A stretch of 30,914 nucleotides of DNA, taken from positions 1 to 30,914 of the forward strand of contig JAQGDQ010002453.1 in assembly GCA_030141605.1 (NCBI GenBank), given 5' to 3'. A program made the position numbers and the translations under genes. This document shows positions 1 through 10,347 of the stretch, piece by piece; the first letter of the stretch is position 1; every line of letters begins with the position of its first letter. The stretch comes from Tubiluchus corallicola. Taxonomy: Eukaryota; Animalia; Priapulida. The notes beneath the pieces were generated by a model, which ran no database searches, had not been told where the DNA came from, and was given only the letters and a program-made list of their open reading frames with translations.

Positions 1-138
1 GATAATATAAAAGAATTTTTAGAAATGGTTGTAAAACTAAAGCCAAGTAGTGTGAAGGGAACTTATGTGAAGAGTGTTGCTGTATCAAGCACAATGAGTC
101 CTTCTATTATGATAGACGATAAATCTTTTGCAAGTTAA
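1..138 (+). CDS. rplA: 50S ribosomal protein L1, C-terminal part (5' end outside window)
   Basis: Frame 1 reads DNIKEFLEMVVKLKPSSVKGTYVKSVAVSSTMSPSIMIDDKSFAS*. KP..KG.Y and STM.P are L1 C-terminal motifs, and the gene lies directly upstream of rplJ. Confidence 0.95.
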   Translation, partial: DNIKEFLEMVVKLKPSSVKGTYVKSVAVSSTMSPSIMIDDKSFAS

Positions 139-162
139 ATTTAAAAATAATAGGTGTTTGAT

Positions 163-681
163 ATGAGAAAAGAAGAAAAACAAGATATAATAGATAGCTT
201 GGCGAAAAATTTAGAGGAATATAATCATTTTTATATCACAGATATTTTTGGATTGGATGCCTTGGCTACTAGTGACTTAAGAAGACTTTGCCACGAAAGG
301 AAAGTTAAATTGGTTGTGGTGAAGAATACTTTGTTGAGAAAAGCATTAGAAAAGTCTAAACTTAAAGTAGATGATATTCTTGCTACTTTGCAAGGACCTA
401 CTTCTATTATGTTTTCTGATACGGGAAATGTTCCTGCAAAGTTAATTAAAAGTTTTAGATCTTCTTACGACAGACCACTCCTTAAATCAGCTTTTGTGGA
501 GGAATCAATTTATCTTGGTGAAGAAAGTTTAGAGGTTTTAAGAAATATAAAGTCAAAAGAAGAGGTTATAGGCGATATTGTTACGTTACTCCAGTCTCCA
601 GTAAAGAACGTTGTTTCTGCATTGAATTCTGGAAAAAGCTTCCTTGCTAATGTTGTGAAAACATTGGCTGAAAAAGAGTAA
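163..681 (+). CDS. rplJ: 50S ribosomal protein L10
   Basis: Contains the L10 motifs LRR.C and VVKNTLLRKALE and lies between rplA and rplL. ATG at 163 (MRKEEK) is preferred over GTG at 154. Confidence 0.96.
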   Translation: MRKEEKQDIIDSLAKNLEEYNHFYITDIFGLDALATSDLRRLCHERKVKLVVVKNTLLRKALEKSKLKVDDILATLQGPTSIMFSDTGNVPAKLIKSFRSSYDRPLLKSAFVEESIYLGEESLEVLRNIKSKEEVIGDIVTLLQSPVKNVVSALNSGKSFLANVVKTLAEKE

Positions 682-722
682 AATTTATGTTTATAAATTA
701 ATTTAAATAAAATTTGATTAAG

Positions 723-893
723 ATGGCAGATGTAAAGAAGTTAGCTGAAGAATTAGTAAATTTAACGGTGAAAGAAGCTAAAGAGGCAGTAGATGCTGCT
801 CCTAAAGCACTTAAAGAAGGAGTATCTAAGGAAGAAGCGGAGGGTATTAAGAAACAGTTGGAAGAAGCAGGAGCTGAAGTAGAATTGAAGTAA
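723..893 (+). CDS. rplL: 50S ribosomal protein L7/L12, internally deleted 56-aa form (possible pseudogene or assembly artefact)
   Basis: Not in the ORF track. Translates as [18 protein letters not shown]|[38 protein letters not shown]. Both termini are typical of L7/L12 and the position between rplJ and rpoB is canonical, but the middle is missing. Confidence 0.93.
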   Translation: MADVKKLAEELVNLTVKEAKEAVDAAPKALKEGVSKEEAEGIKKQLEEAGAEVELK

Positions 894-930
894 CAAGGCT
901 ATTTCCCTTTTTCTAAATGCTTTATGTTAC

Positions 931-969
931 AGGTTTAATATTCAGGGAGATTGAATATTAAACCTTTTT
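931..969 (+). terminator. Intrinsic terminator/attenuator between rplL and rpoB
   Basis: Perfect 14-bp inverted repeat AGGTTTAATATTCA (931-944) / TGAATATTAAACCT (952-965), 7-nt loop, followed by a T run. Confidence 0.75.
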
Positions 970-1015
970 CTACTTATTTGTTTCAATATAGTAATCATAT
1001 TTATTCTTTGAAAGA

Positions 1016-4000
1016 ATGTCTGAAAAAAAAGAACGCATTAGTTTTGGAATAGGTTCTGATAGCAGAGCTTCTTATCCAGACCTTTTAGATATACAGTTGA
1101 AATCTTTTTCCGATTTTTTTCAACTTAATGCTACTTTCAATAAACGTAAAAATGAAGGACTTTACAAGGTCTTTCGTCAAAACTTTCCTGTTACTGATAC
1201 TAGAAATAGTTTTGTTTTAGAGTTTATTAATTATTATGTAGACCCTCCTCGCTATTCTATTGAAGAGTGCGTTGAAAGAGGGTTAACTTTTAGCGTTCCT
1301 TTGAAGGCTAAGTTGAAGTTGTATTGTACGGATGATGAGCACGAGGATTTTGATACGGTAATTCAGGATGTTTATTTGGGGGCTATTCCTTATATGACTG
1401 ATAGAGGAACTTTTATTATTAATGGTGCAGAGAGGGTTATCGTGTCTCAGTTACATAGATCTCCTGGTGTATTTTTTGGGCAAAGCATCCATAATAATGG
1501 GACCAAACTTTACTCGGCTCGTATTATTCCATTTAAGGGCTCTTGGATGGAATTTGCTACTGATATAAATGAAGTAATGCATGCCTATATTGATAGAAAA
1601 AAGAAATTACCTGTTACTACCTTGCTTAGAGCTATTGGGTATGAGAGCGATAAAGATATCTTAGAAATTTTTGGGCTTGCAGATGAAATAGAGGTAAATA
1701 GAGCTAATTTAGAAAAGGCTGTAGGAAGAAAGTTGGCGGCGAGAATACTTAAGTCTTGGGTGGAGGATTTTGTTGATGAGGATACTGGAGAAGTAGTATC
1801 TATTGAGAGGAATGAGGTGATTATAGACAGGGATATAGTTTTGGAGACGGAACATATTGATAAAATTTTGGAGGCTGAGGCTAAAACTATTTTGTTGCAC
1901 AAGAAAGAAGTAGCTGGGCGTTCTAATTTTTCTATTATTTATAACACTTTCCAGAAAGACCCCTGTAATTCGGAGAAGGAAGCGGTGACTTATATATATA
2001 GATTGCTTAGAAATGCTGAACCACCAGATGAGGCAACAGCAAGAGATGTGATAGATAAGTTATTTTTCTCAGAGAAACGTTATGATTTGGGAGAAGTAGG
2101 AAGGCATAGGATAAATAAAAAATTGAATCTGAATATTCCTTCTGATGTAAGAATTTTGACAAAAGAGGATATTTTAGAAATTATCAAGTATCTAATTGAA
2201 CTGATAAACTCAAAAACAGACGTTGATGATATTGATCATCTTAGTAATAGAAGGGTAAAAACAGTGGGGGAGCAGATGTACAACCAGTTTGATATTGCTC
2301 TAAATCGTATGGCTCGTACTATAAAAGAACGTATGAATGTAAGGGATAATGAGGTTTTTACTCCTATTGATTTGATTAATTCTCGCTCGTTTTCGATGGT
2401 TATTAATTCATTTTTTGGGACAAATCAATTGTCTCAGTTTATGGACCAAACGAACCCTTTAGCTGAAATAACGCATAAGAGAAGGCTTTCTGCACTAGGT
2501 CCTGGTGGGCTTTCTAGAGAAAGAGCTGGCTTTGAGGTGCGAGATGTCCATTATACGCATTATGGCAGGCTTTGTCCAATAGAAACGCCAGAAGGTCCAA
2601 ATATTGGGCTTATATCAACTCTTTGTGTATATGCTAAGATTACTGATTTAGGATTCATTGCTACTCCTTATAGGAAAGTGAAAAGTGGCGTGGTGGATTT
2701 GTCGAATAAAGGCATAAAGTATTTTTCAGCGGAGGAAGAAGAAAATCAGACAATAGCTCAAGCCAATGCTAAAATAGACGATAAAGGTGTATTCTTACAT
2801 AATAGAATTAAATCTAGACATGGTGGCGATTACCCACAGGTCACACCTGATAAGATTAACTATATGGATGTAGCTCCTAATCAAATAGCTTCTATTGCTG
2901 CATCATTAATCCCGTTTTTAGAGCATAATGATGCTAACAGAGCACTAATGGGGTCGAATATGATGAGACAGGCAGTGCCTTTGATTAACCCTGAAAGTCC
3001 AATTGTTGCTACGGGTTTAGAAGAGCGTATAATTAAGGATTCTAGGATACAGGTTATAGCAGAAGCAAATGGTAAAGTGAAATATGTAGATGCTAAGGAA
3101 ATTGTAATAGAATATGATAGGAGTGAGGAAGAGGAGATGGTGTCATTGAATGACAGTGTTAAAACTTATAAATTGCCTAAATATAAAAGAACGAACCAGA
3201 ATACTTGTATGAACTTGAAGCCTATTGTAAGAAAGGGAAATAGGGTAGAAAAAGAGCAGATTCTTACAGAAGGATATGCAACGAAGGGAGGAGATCTGGC
3301 ATTAGGAAGAAATTTAAAAGTGGCATTTATGCCTTGGAAAGGTTTTAACTTTGAGGATGCTATCGTTATATCAGAGAAAGTTGTTAGAGAGGATTACTTT
3401 ACATCTATATATGTAGATGAATACTCATTAGAGGTTAGGGAAACAAAAAGAGGCCCCGAAGAGTTGACTGCTGATATTCCAAATGTGAGTGAGGAAGCAA
3501 CAAAAAATTTAGATGAAAATGGCTTGATACGTGTAGGGGCAACTGTGAAACCTGGGGATATTTTAATAGGTAAAATCACGCCTAAAGGAGAATCTGCTCC
3601 TTCGCCAGAAGAGAAATTATTAAGAGCTATATTTGGTGAAAAGGCAGGTGATGTAAAGGATGCCTCGTTAAAAGCCTCTCCTTCTTTAAATGGTATTGCC
3701 ATTGGAAAACGTTTGTTTTACAAGGCTATAAAAAGTGGTTCCGCCTCTGTACACGATAAAGAAATTATAGAAACGTTAGAAAGAGAGTTTAGTGATAAGC
3801 AAAAAGAGTTGAAAGAACTATTCCTTGATAAAATTAATCATTTGTTAAAGGATGTTGTTTCTAATGGTGTTGTAGATTTCTTAGAAGAGGTGATTGTTGC
3901 TAAGGGAGCAAAGTTTTCAAAAAAGGTGTTTAAAGATATTGATTATTTAAGCATTAATCCTGAAGGGTGGACTGATGATGAGGATATTAATGACAAAACT

Positions 4001-4828
4001 AAAACACTTATCAATAATTATATTATAAAATATAAGGAAATTGAGGCAGAGCTGAGAAGAAGAAAATATAATATAACAATAGGTGATGAGCTACCTACTG
4101 GTATTATACAATTAGCCAAGGTATATGTTGCTAAGAAAAGAAAACTTCAAATTGGTGATAAAATGGCTGGGCGACATGGAAATAAAGGAATTGTTGCTAA
4201 GATTGTAAGAGAAGAGGATATGCCATTCTTGGAAGATGGAACCCCTGTGGATATTTGCTTGAATCCATTGGGTGTGCCTTCTAGAATGAATCTTGGACAG
4301 ATATATGAAACTGTTTTAGGGTGGGCTGGTAAGGAACTTGGTTTAAAGTTTAGTTGTCCAATATTTAATGGGGCTTCTCTTGAAGAAATTACTGAATATA
4401 CAAATAAAGCAAATGTACCTAAGTTTGGTAAGACATATTTGCATGACGGTGGTACTGGAAAGAAGTTTGACCAACCTGCTACGGTAGGTATCATATATAT
4501 GTTGAAACTGGGACATATGGTAGAGGATAAGCTGCATGCACGGTCTATAGGTCCTTATTCACTTATTACACAGCAACCACTGGGTGGTAAGTCTCAATTT
4601 GGGGGGCAACGTTTTGGAGAAATGGAGGTGTGGGCTTTAGAAGCATTTGGGGCGGCCAATATACTCCAAGAGATTCTTACTATAAAGTCAGATGATGTGA
4701 TGGGTAGAGCAAAGGCTTATGAGTCAATCGTTAAAGGTAAGAATATATCTTCGGATGGAATACCTGAGTCGTTGAATGTGTTAATTCACGAGTTGAAAGG
4801 ACTTGGGCTGAATATAAAGAATGATTAG
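1016..4828 (+). CDS. rpoB: DNA-directed RNA polymerase subunit beta
   Basis: 1270 aa with [34 protein letters not shown] and [15 protein letters not shown]. Confidence 0.99.
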   Translation: MSEKKERISFGIGSDSRASYPDLLDIQLKSFSDFFQLNATFNKRKNEGLYKVFRQNFPVTDTRNSFVLEFINYYVDPPRYSIEECVERGLTFSVPLKAKLKLYCTDDEHEDFDTVIQDVYLGAIPYMTDRGTFIINGAERVIVSQLHRSPGVFFGQSIHNNGTKLYSARIIPFKGSWMEFATDINEVMHAYIDRKKKLPVTTLLRAIGYESDKDILEIFGLADEIEVNRANLEKAVGRKLAARILKSWVEDFVDEDTGEVVSIERNEVIIDRDIVLETEHIDKILEAEAKTILLHKKEVAGRSNFSIIYNTFQKDPCNSEKEAVTYIYRLLRNAEPPDEATARDVIDKLFFSEKRYDLGEVGRHRINKKLNLNIPSDVRILTKEDILEIIKYLIELINSKTDVDDIDHLSNRRVKTVGEQMYNQFDIALNRMARTIKERMNVRDNEVFTPIDLINSRSFSMVINSFFGTNQLSQFMDQTNPLAEITHKRRLSALGPGGLSRERAGFEVRDVHYTHYGRLCPIETPEGPNIGLISTLCVYAKITDLGFIATPYRKVKSGVVDLSNKGIKYFSAEEEENQTIAQANAKIDDKGVFLHNRIKSRHGGDYPQVTPDKINYMDVAPNQIASIAASLIPFLEHNDANRALMGSNMMRQAVPLINPESPIVATGLEERIIKDSRIQVIAEANGKVKYVDAKEIVIEYDRSEEEEMVSLNDSVKTYKLPKYKRTNQNTCMNLKPIVRKGNRVEKEQILTEGYATKGGDLALGRNLKVAFMPWKGFNFEDAIVISEKVVREDYFTSIYVDEYSLEVRETKRGPEELTADIPNVSEEATKNLDENGLIRVGATVKPGDILIGKITPKGESAPSPEEKLLRAIFGEKAGDVKDASLKASPSLNGIAIGKRLFYKAIKSGSASVHDKEIIETLEREFSDKQKELKELFLDKINHLLKDVVSNGVVDFLEEVIVAKGAKFSKKVFKDIDYLSINPEGWTDDEDINDKTKTLINNYIIKYKEIEAELRRRKYNITIGDELPTGIIQLAKVYVAKKRKLQIGDKMAGRHGNKGIVAKIVREEDMPFLEDGTPVDICLNPLGVPSRMNLGQIYETVLGWAGKELGLKFSCPIFNGASLEEITEYTNKANVPKFGKTYLHDGGTGKKFDQPATVGIIYMLKLGHMVEDKLHARSIGPYSLITQQPLGGKSQFGGQRFGEMEVWALEAFGAANILQEILTIKSDDVMGRAKAYESIVKGKNISSDGIPESLNVLIHELKGLGLNIKND

Positions 4829-4898
4829 ATTTGGAAACGTAGTTTGGTTTTGATTGTTGTATAAAAATTAAGGTTAAAGTTATTATATTTAATAAAGT

Positions 4899-7800
4899 AT
4901 GGCATATAGGAAAAGTAATAAAACACAGGGAGTCTTCTCTAAAATATCTATTAGTTTGTCTTCCCCAGAAGACATTCTTAATCAATCTAATGGAGAAATT
5001 CTTAGACCTGAAACTATTAATTATAGGACTTATAAACCAGAAAGAGATGGGCTTTTTTGTGAAAGAATTTTTGGACCAATAAAAGATTATGAGTGTCATT
5101 GTGGTAAGTATAAGAGAATTAGATATAAAAATATTGTATGTGATAAATGTGGGGTTGAGGTTACTGAGAAAAAAGTGAGAAGAGAGCGTATGGGACATAT
5201 CTCTTTGGTTGTTCCTGTGGCTCATATATGGTATTTCAAATCTCTTCCTAATAAAATAGGCTATTTGTTAGGTTTACCTTCTAAAAAGCTAGATTCTATT
5301 GTATATTATGAAAAGTATGTAGTTATTAACCCTGGGATTAAAGAAGCTGAGGGAATAAAACAATTGGACTTTCTGTCAGAGGAGGAGTATGTAGAGATAT
5401 TAGATTCTTTGCCACAAGAGAATCAGATGTTGGAGAATGAGCATCCTGATAAATTTGTTGCTTCTATGGGAGCAGAAGCAATTTATCAATTGTTGGAAAA
5501 AATAGATATAGATAAACTGTCTTTCGACTTAAGGGATAAGGCTTACAATGAAACCTCTCAACAACGAAAGAATGAAGCTTTAAAAAGATTGCAGGTGGTG
5601 GAGGCTTTTAGGGCGTCTAAAAAAGTAAATGAGCCTAAATGGATGATTCTGAAAGTAATACCTGTTTTGCCTCCAGATTTAAGGCCACTTGTTCCGTTGG
5701 ATGGGGGCAGGTTTGCTACTTCTGACTTGAATGATTTATATCGTAGGATTATTATAAGAAATAATAGATTAAAAAGATTAATAGAAATAAAAGCTCCTGA
5801 AGTCATTTTAAGAAATGAAAAAAGAATGCTGCAAGAGTCAGTAGATTCATTGTTGGATAATTCTCGTAAAACAAATGTAGCCAAAACGGATTCTAACAGA
5901 CCCCTTAAATCTTTAAGTGACAGTTTAAAAGGAAAGCAGGGGCGTTTTCGCCAAAATCTACTAGGTAAGCGTGTTGATTATTCTGCTCGTTCAGTGATCG
6001 TGGTAGGTCCAGAGCTAAAAATGCATGAATGTGGAATGCCAAAAGAGATGGCCGCTGAACTTTATAAGCCGTTTATCATACGAAAACTAATAGAAAGAGG
6101 AATTGTTAAAACTGTAAAGTCGGCTAAGAAAATAGTAGATAGGAAAGAAGCCATCATTTGGGATATTTTGGAAAATGTTTTGAAAGGACATCCTGTTTTG
6201 TTAAACAGAGCTCCTACCTTGCATAGGTTAGGAATACAAGCTTTTCAACCTAAGTTGATTGAGGGTAAGGCTATTCAATTGCATCCTTTGACTTGTACTG
6301 GGTTTAATGCAGATTTTGATGGAGATCAAATGGCAGTCCATCTTCCTTTGGGTGATGCTGCTATTTTGGAGGCTCAAATATTAATGTTGGCCTCTCATAA
6401 TATATTAAACCCTGCTAATGGTGCACCTATTACTGTGCCTTCGCAAGATATGATTTTGGGCTTGTATTATATTACTAAGTCAAAGAAAAGTGGCAAAGGG
6501 GAAAAACTGTCTTTTTACTCATCTGAGGAGGCAATTATTGCGTACAATGAGGGAGTTATTGATCTACATTCTATTGTAAAGGCTAAGGTCAATGATATAG
6601 AAAATGGGAAGTCTGTAAAGAAATTAATGAAAACTACTGTTGGGCGAGTAATTTTAAACCAATATGTACCCAAAGAGATAGGCTATATCAATGAGTTAAT
6701 TAACAAAAAGTCTTTACGAGATACTATTAGCAAAATATTTAAGTTGTGTGGTAATAAGGCTACTGCTGAATTTTTGGATAATATTAAGAATCTTGGATAT
6801 AAAAATGCTTTTGAAGGCGGGCTTTCTTTTAATTTGGATGATGTTATTATTCCAAAAGAAAAAGAGGAGTTTGTAAATGAAGGGTATAAGGAGGTGGAGG
6901 AGATTTGGAATAATTATAACGTGGGTTTTATAACAAACAAAGAACGCTATAACCAGATTATTGATACTTGGACACACATTAATGCCAAATTAACACAAAC
7001 CTTGATGGAACAGTTAAGTAAGGATAATCAAGGATTTAACTCTGTTTATATGATGTTGGACTCTGGGGCAAGAGGATCTAAGGAACAAATACGTCAGTTA
7101 TCAGGAATGCGGGGACTTATGGCTAAACCTCAAAAGTCAAGTGCTGAAGGAGAACAAATTATAGAGAATCCTATACTGGCAAACTTTAAGGAGGGTCTTT
7201 CTGTGTTGGAGTATTTTATTTCTACGCATGGGGCACGTAAAGGACTTGCAGATACTGCATTGAAAACAGCGGACGCAGGTTACCTCACAAGACGTTTGGT
7301 AGATGTTTCTCAGGATGTAATTATTAATGAAGACGATTGCGGAACATTAAGAGGTTTGATAGCTACTGCTCAAAAAAGAAATGAAGAAGTGATAGTTAGT
7401 CTTTATGAAAAAATACTTGGCAGGACCGCTGTACATGATATATATCATCCTTTAACAGGTGATTTGATTATTAATTCAGGGGAAGAAATAAATGAGGAAA
7501 TTGCAAATAAAATAGAGAAGTCTCCTATTGAGAGAGTGGAGATACGCTCCGTTTTGACTTGTGAGTCTAAAAGAGGTGTTTGTGCTAAATGCTATGGTAG
7601 AAATTTAGCTACAGGTAAGATCGTTCATAAAGGAGAGGCTGTTGGAGTGATTGCTGCTCAGTCTATTGGTGAGCCGGGAACACAGCTTACTCTTAGAACT
7701 TTCCACGTAGGGGGGGTTGCTGGTAATATTTCTTCAGAATCTGGGCTTACTGCTAAGTTTGATGGTATTGTGGAATTAGAAGAGTTGCGTACTGTGCCTT

Positions 7801-9167
7801 ATAACGTAAAGGAAGAAAATAATGATAGAAAAGTAGATATAGTGGTTGGACGTTTGACGGAGATTCGAATTATAGATGCAAATACAGGTATTGTGTTGAT
7901 GACGAATAATATACCATATGGGGCAAAATTATTTGTGAAAAATGACGAAAAATTGAAAAAAGGAGATTTAATCTGCGAGTGGGACCCTTTTAATGCGGTA
8001 ATTATTTCAGAGTTACAGGGTCGTATTGTATTTGAAAATATGATTGAAAATGTAAACTACAAAGAAGAAACAGATGAACAAACAGGTTTTAAGGAGAAGG
8101 TAATTATTGAAACTAGAAATAAAGCTAAAACACCGGAAGTAATAATTGTAAATGAAAAAGATGAAAAGTTAGCATCTTATATTTTACCGGTAGGTGCTCA
8201 TATTTCAGTAGAGCAGGATGGTGATATTGTATCAGGGCAGACGATTGCTAAAATACCAAGAAATACGGGAAAAACAGGTGATATTACAGGAGGACTCCCA
8301 AGAGTTACGGAGTTGTTTGAAGCTCGTAATCCCTCTAACCCTGCGGTAGTATCTGAAATAGACGGGGAGGTATCCTTTGGGAAGATAAAAAGAGGCAATA
8401 GAGAAATTATTATAACTTCAAAAACTGGGGATTCTAAAAAGTACTTAGTATCCTTGTCAAAACAAGTACTTGTTCAAGAAAAAGATTACATTAGGGCAGG
8501 CACACCATTGTCTGATGGATCTATTACTCCTGCAAGTATTTTAGCTATAAAAGGCCCTACTGCAATACAGGAGTATATTGTCAATGAAATTCAAGATGTG
8601 TATCGTTTGCAAGGTGTAAAAATAAATGATAAGCATTTTGAAGTTATTGTGCGTCAGATGATGCGTAAAGTGAGTGTAGAGGATCCAGGGGATACTAATT
8701 TCTTGGAAAATCAAAAAGTAGATAAAAATTTCTTCTTAGAAGAAAATGACAAAATATTAGGGCTAAAAGTTGTCGCAGAACAGGGAGATTCTAATAAATA
8801 TAAGCCAGGACAGTTAATATCAACAAAGCAGTTAAGAGAAGAAAATTCCTACTTGAAGAGAAATGATTTGAAATTGATAGAAACAAGGGATGCTAAACCT
8901 GCTACTTCAGTGCAAATATTACAAGGAATAACCAGAGCTGCTCTACAAACTAAGAGTTTTATGTCAGCTGCATCATTCCAAGAAACAACCAAGGTGCTTA
9001 ATGAAGCTGCTATTAATGGTAAAACAGACTACCTTGAAGGTCTTAAAGAAAATAGTATTTGTGGAAACTTAATACCTGCAGGAAGTGGTTTTAAAGAATT
9101 TAGAAATATAATAGTAGGTTCGGCAGAAGAATATGAGAAATTAATTAAATCTAAGAATGCAAGTTAG
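4899..9167 (+). CDS. rpoC: DNA-directed RNA polymerase subunit beta'
   Basis: 1422 aa with the catalytic NADFDGD, N-terminal zinc-binding cysteines, [15 protein letters not shown] and SAASFQET. Confidence 0.99.
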   Translation: MAYRKSNKTQGVFSKISISLSSPEDILNQSNGEILRPETINYRTYKPERDGLFCERIFGPIKDYECHCGKYKRIRYKNIVCDKCGVEVTEKKVRRERMGHISLVVPVAHIWYFKSLPNKIGYLLGLPSKKLDSIVYYEKYVVINPGIKEAEGIKQLDFLSEEEYVEILDSLPQENQMLENEHPDKFVASMGAEAIYQLLEKIDIDKLSFDLRDKAYNETSQQRKNEALKRLQVVEAFRASKKVNEPKWMILKVIPVLPPDLRPLVPLDGGRFATSDLNDLYRRIIIRNNRLKRLIEIKAPEVILRNEKRMLQESVDSLLDNSRKTNVAKTDSNRPLKSLSDSLKGKQGRFRQNLLGKRVDYSARSVIVVGPELKMHECGMPKEMAAELYKPFIIRKLIERGIVKTVKSAKKIVDRKEAIIWDILENVLKGHPVLLNRAPTLHRLGIQAFQPKLIEGKAIQLHPLTCTGFNADFDGDQMAVHLPLGDAAILEAQILMLASHNILNPANGAPITVPSQDMILGLYYITKSKKSGKGEKLSFYSSEEAIIAYNEGVIDLHSIVKAKVNDIENGKSVKKLMKTTVGRVILNQYVPKEIGYINELINKKSLRDTISKIFKLCGNKATAEFLDNIKNLGYKNAFEGGLSFNLDDVIIPKEKEEFVNEGYKEVEEIWNNYNVGFITNKERYNQIIDTWTHINAKLTQTLMEQLSKDNQGFNSVYMMLDSGARGSKEQIRQLSGMRGLMAKPQKSSAEGEQIIENPILANFKEGLSVLEYFISTHGARKGLADTALKTADAGYLTRRLVDVSQDVIINEDDCGTLRGLIATAQKRNEEVIVSLYEKILGRTAVHDIYHPLTGDLIINSGEEINEEIANKIEKSPIERVEIRSVLTCESKRGVCAKCYGRNLATGKIVHKGEAVGVIAAQSIGEPGTQLTLRTFHVGGVAGNISSESGLTAKFDGIVELEELRTVPYNVKEENNDRKVDIVVGRLTEIRIIDANTGIVLMTNNIPYGAKLFVKNDEKLKKGDLICEWDPFNAVIISELQGRIVFENMIENVNYKEETDEQTGFKEKVIIETRNKAKTPEVIIVNEKDEKLASYILPVGAHISVEQDGDIVSGQTIAKIPRNTGKTGDITGGLPRVTELFEARNPSNPAVVSEIDGEVSFGKIKRGNREIIITSKTGDSKKYLVSLSKQVLVQEKDYIRAGTPLSDGSITPASILAIKGPTAIQEYIVNEIQDVYRLQGVKINDKHFEVIVRQMMRKVSVEDPGDTNFLENQKVDKNFFLEENDKILGLKVVAEQGDSNKYKPGQLISTKQLREENSYLKRNDLKLIETRDAKPATSVQILQGITRAALQTKSFMSAASFQETTKVLNEAAINGKTDYLEGLKENSICGNLIPAGSGFKEFRNIIVGSAEEYEKLIKSKNAS

Positions 9168-9191
9168 CATTTACATTTAGTGTTATATTAT

Positions 9192-9230
9192 AAAAGCATT
9201 CATATTAGTTTATGGGTGCTTTTTTATTTT
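9192..9230 (+). terminator. Intrinsic terminator after rpoC
   Basis: Stem AAAAGCATTCATA / TATGGGTGCTTTT with two G-U pairs that work only on the + strand, a 6-nt loop and a long T tract. Confidence 0.8.
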
Positions 9231-9299
9231 TGACATAGAACAATGATTTGTGTAAACCAAATTCGTTATATTAGTACTCTATAAACACATTAAAAAAGA

Positions 9300-10340
9300 A
9301 TGTTTAAATTACAACAGCTTATACGCAACAATATAAAAAAACTTGCTCCTTATACATCAGCCAGAAGTGAATATAAGGGCGGTGCAAGGATATTTATAGA
9401 TGCTAATGAAAATCCTTTTAACACGAGTGCAAACAGGTACCCTGACCCTTTGCAAATTGATTTAAAAAAAGAAATAGCTAAAATAAAAAGCATTTCTCCC
9501 GAAAATATGTTCCTTGGAAATGGAAGTGACGAGGCGATAGACCTTCTCATAAGGGTGTTTTGCGAGCCACAACAAGACAATATTATTATCCTACCTCCCA
9601 CTTATGGTATGTATAAAGTTCTTGCCAACATACACAATATACAAACTCAAGAAGTGCTGCTTACTCCCAATTTTCAAATTTCCCCCATAGAGATACTTAA
9701 AAACACTAACAAAAACACTAAACTCCTTTTCATTTGCTCGCCCAATAATCCTACAGGTAATCTCATAGAAAAAGAACTTATCATAGAAGTATTACAAAAA
9801 TTTAATGGTATTGTTATCGTAGATGAAGCCTATATAGACTTTTCTCCTCGTGGCACAATGCTTCCCCTCATTCAGCAATACCCTAATCTTGTTATACTAC
9901 AAACTTTCTCTAAAGCTTGGGGTATGGCAGCTATACGCCTTGGGATGGCTTTTGCATCGACAGAAATTATAAACTTAGTAAATAAAATCAAGATGCCTTA
10001 CAATGTTAGCATACTCACACAACAATACACTGTAAAATATTTAAAAAGTAATGAAAAGAGAGAGATAAAGAATAAGAACTTGCAGAGCATCCTCAGACAA
10101 AAAAACATATTACAGCAGCAATTAAAAACAATAACTCTTGTTAAAAAGATATATCCCTCAGATGCTAATTTTATGCTTATAGAAGTAGAAGATGCTACAA
10201 AAGTCTATAATTTATTGAAAAGTAGAGGAATTATAGTTAGAAATCGTACCAACGAACCTCATTGCAAGAATTGTTTAAGGATAACTGTGGGTACACCACA
10301 AGAAAACAAACAACTTATAGAAATACTACAAGTACTATAA
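9300..10340 (+). CDS. hisC: Histidinol-phosphate aminotransferase (PLP-dependent)
   Basis: Motifs DANENP, RYPDP, GNGSDEAID, CSPNNPTG, DEAY, TFSKAWG.A.IRLG and LRITVGT. Confidence 0.92.
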   Translation: MFKLQQLIRNNIKKLAPYTSARSEYKGGARIFIDANENPFNTSANRYPDPLQIDLKKEIAKIKSISPENMFLGNGSDEAIDLLIRVFCEPQQDNIIILPPTYGMYKVLANIHNIQTQEVLLTPNFQISPIEILKNTNKNTKLLFICSPNNPTGNLIEKELIIEVLQKFNGIVIVDEAYIDFSPRGTMLPLIQQYPNLVILQTFSKAWGMAAIRLGMAFASTEIINLVNKIKMPYNVSILTQQYTVKYLKSNEKREIKNKNLQSILRQKNILQQQLKTITLVKKIYPSDANFMLIEVEDATKVYNLLKSRGIIVRNRTNEPHCKNCLRITVGTPQENKQLIEILQVL

Positions 10341-10347
10341 AAAACAT

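Noticed and set aside
1585-8398. Multiple antisense ORFs of 63-164 aa inside rpoB and rpoC (similar ones occur inside relA, rng, ugd, carA, carB, fmt, purA and the sulfatase)
   Set aside because: They are shadow frames of strongly conserved genes, with Ser/Phe/Ile-rich translations and no recognisable motifs.
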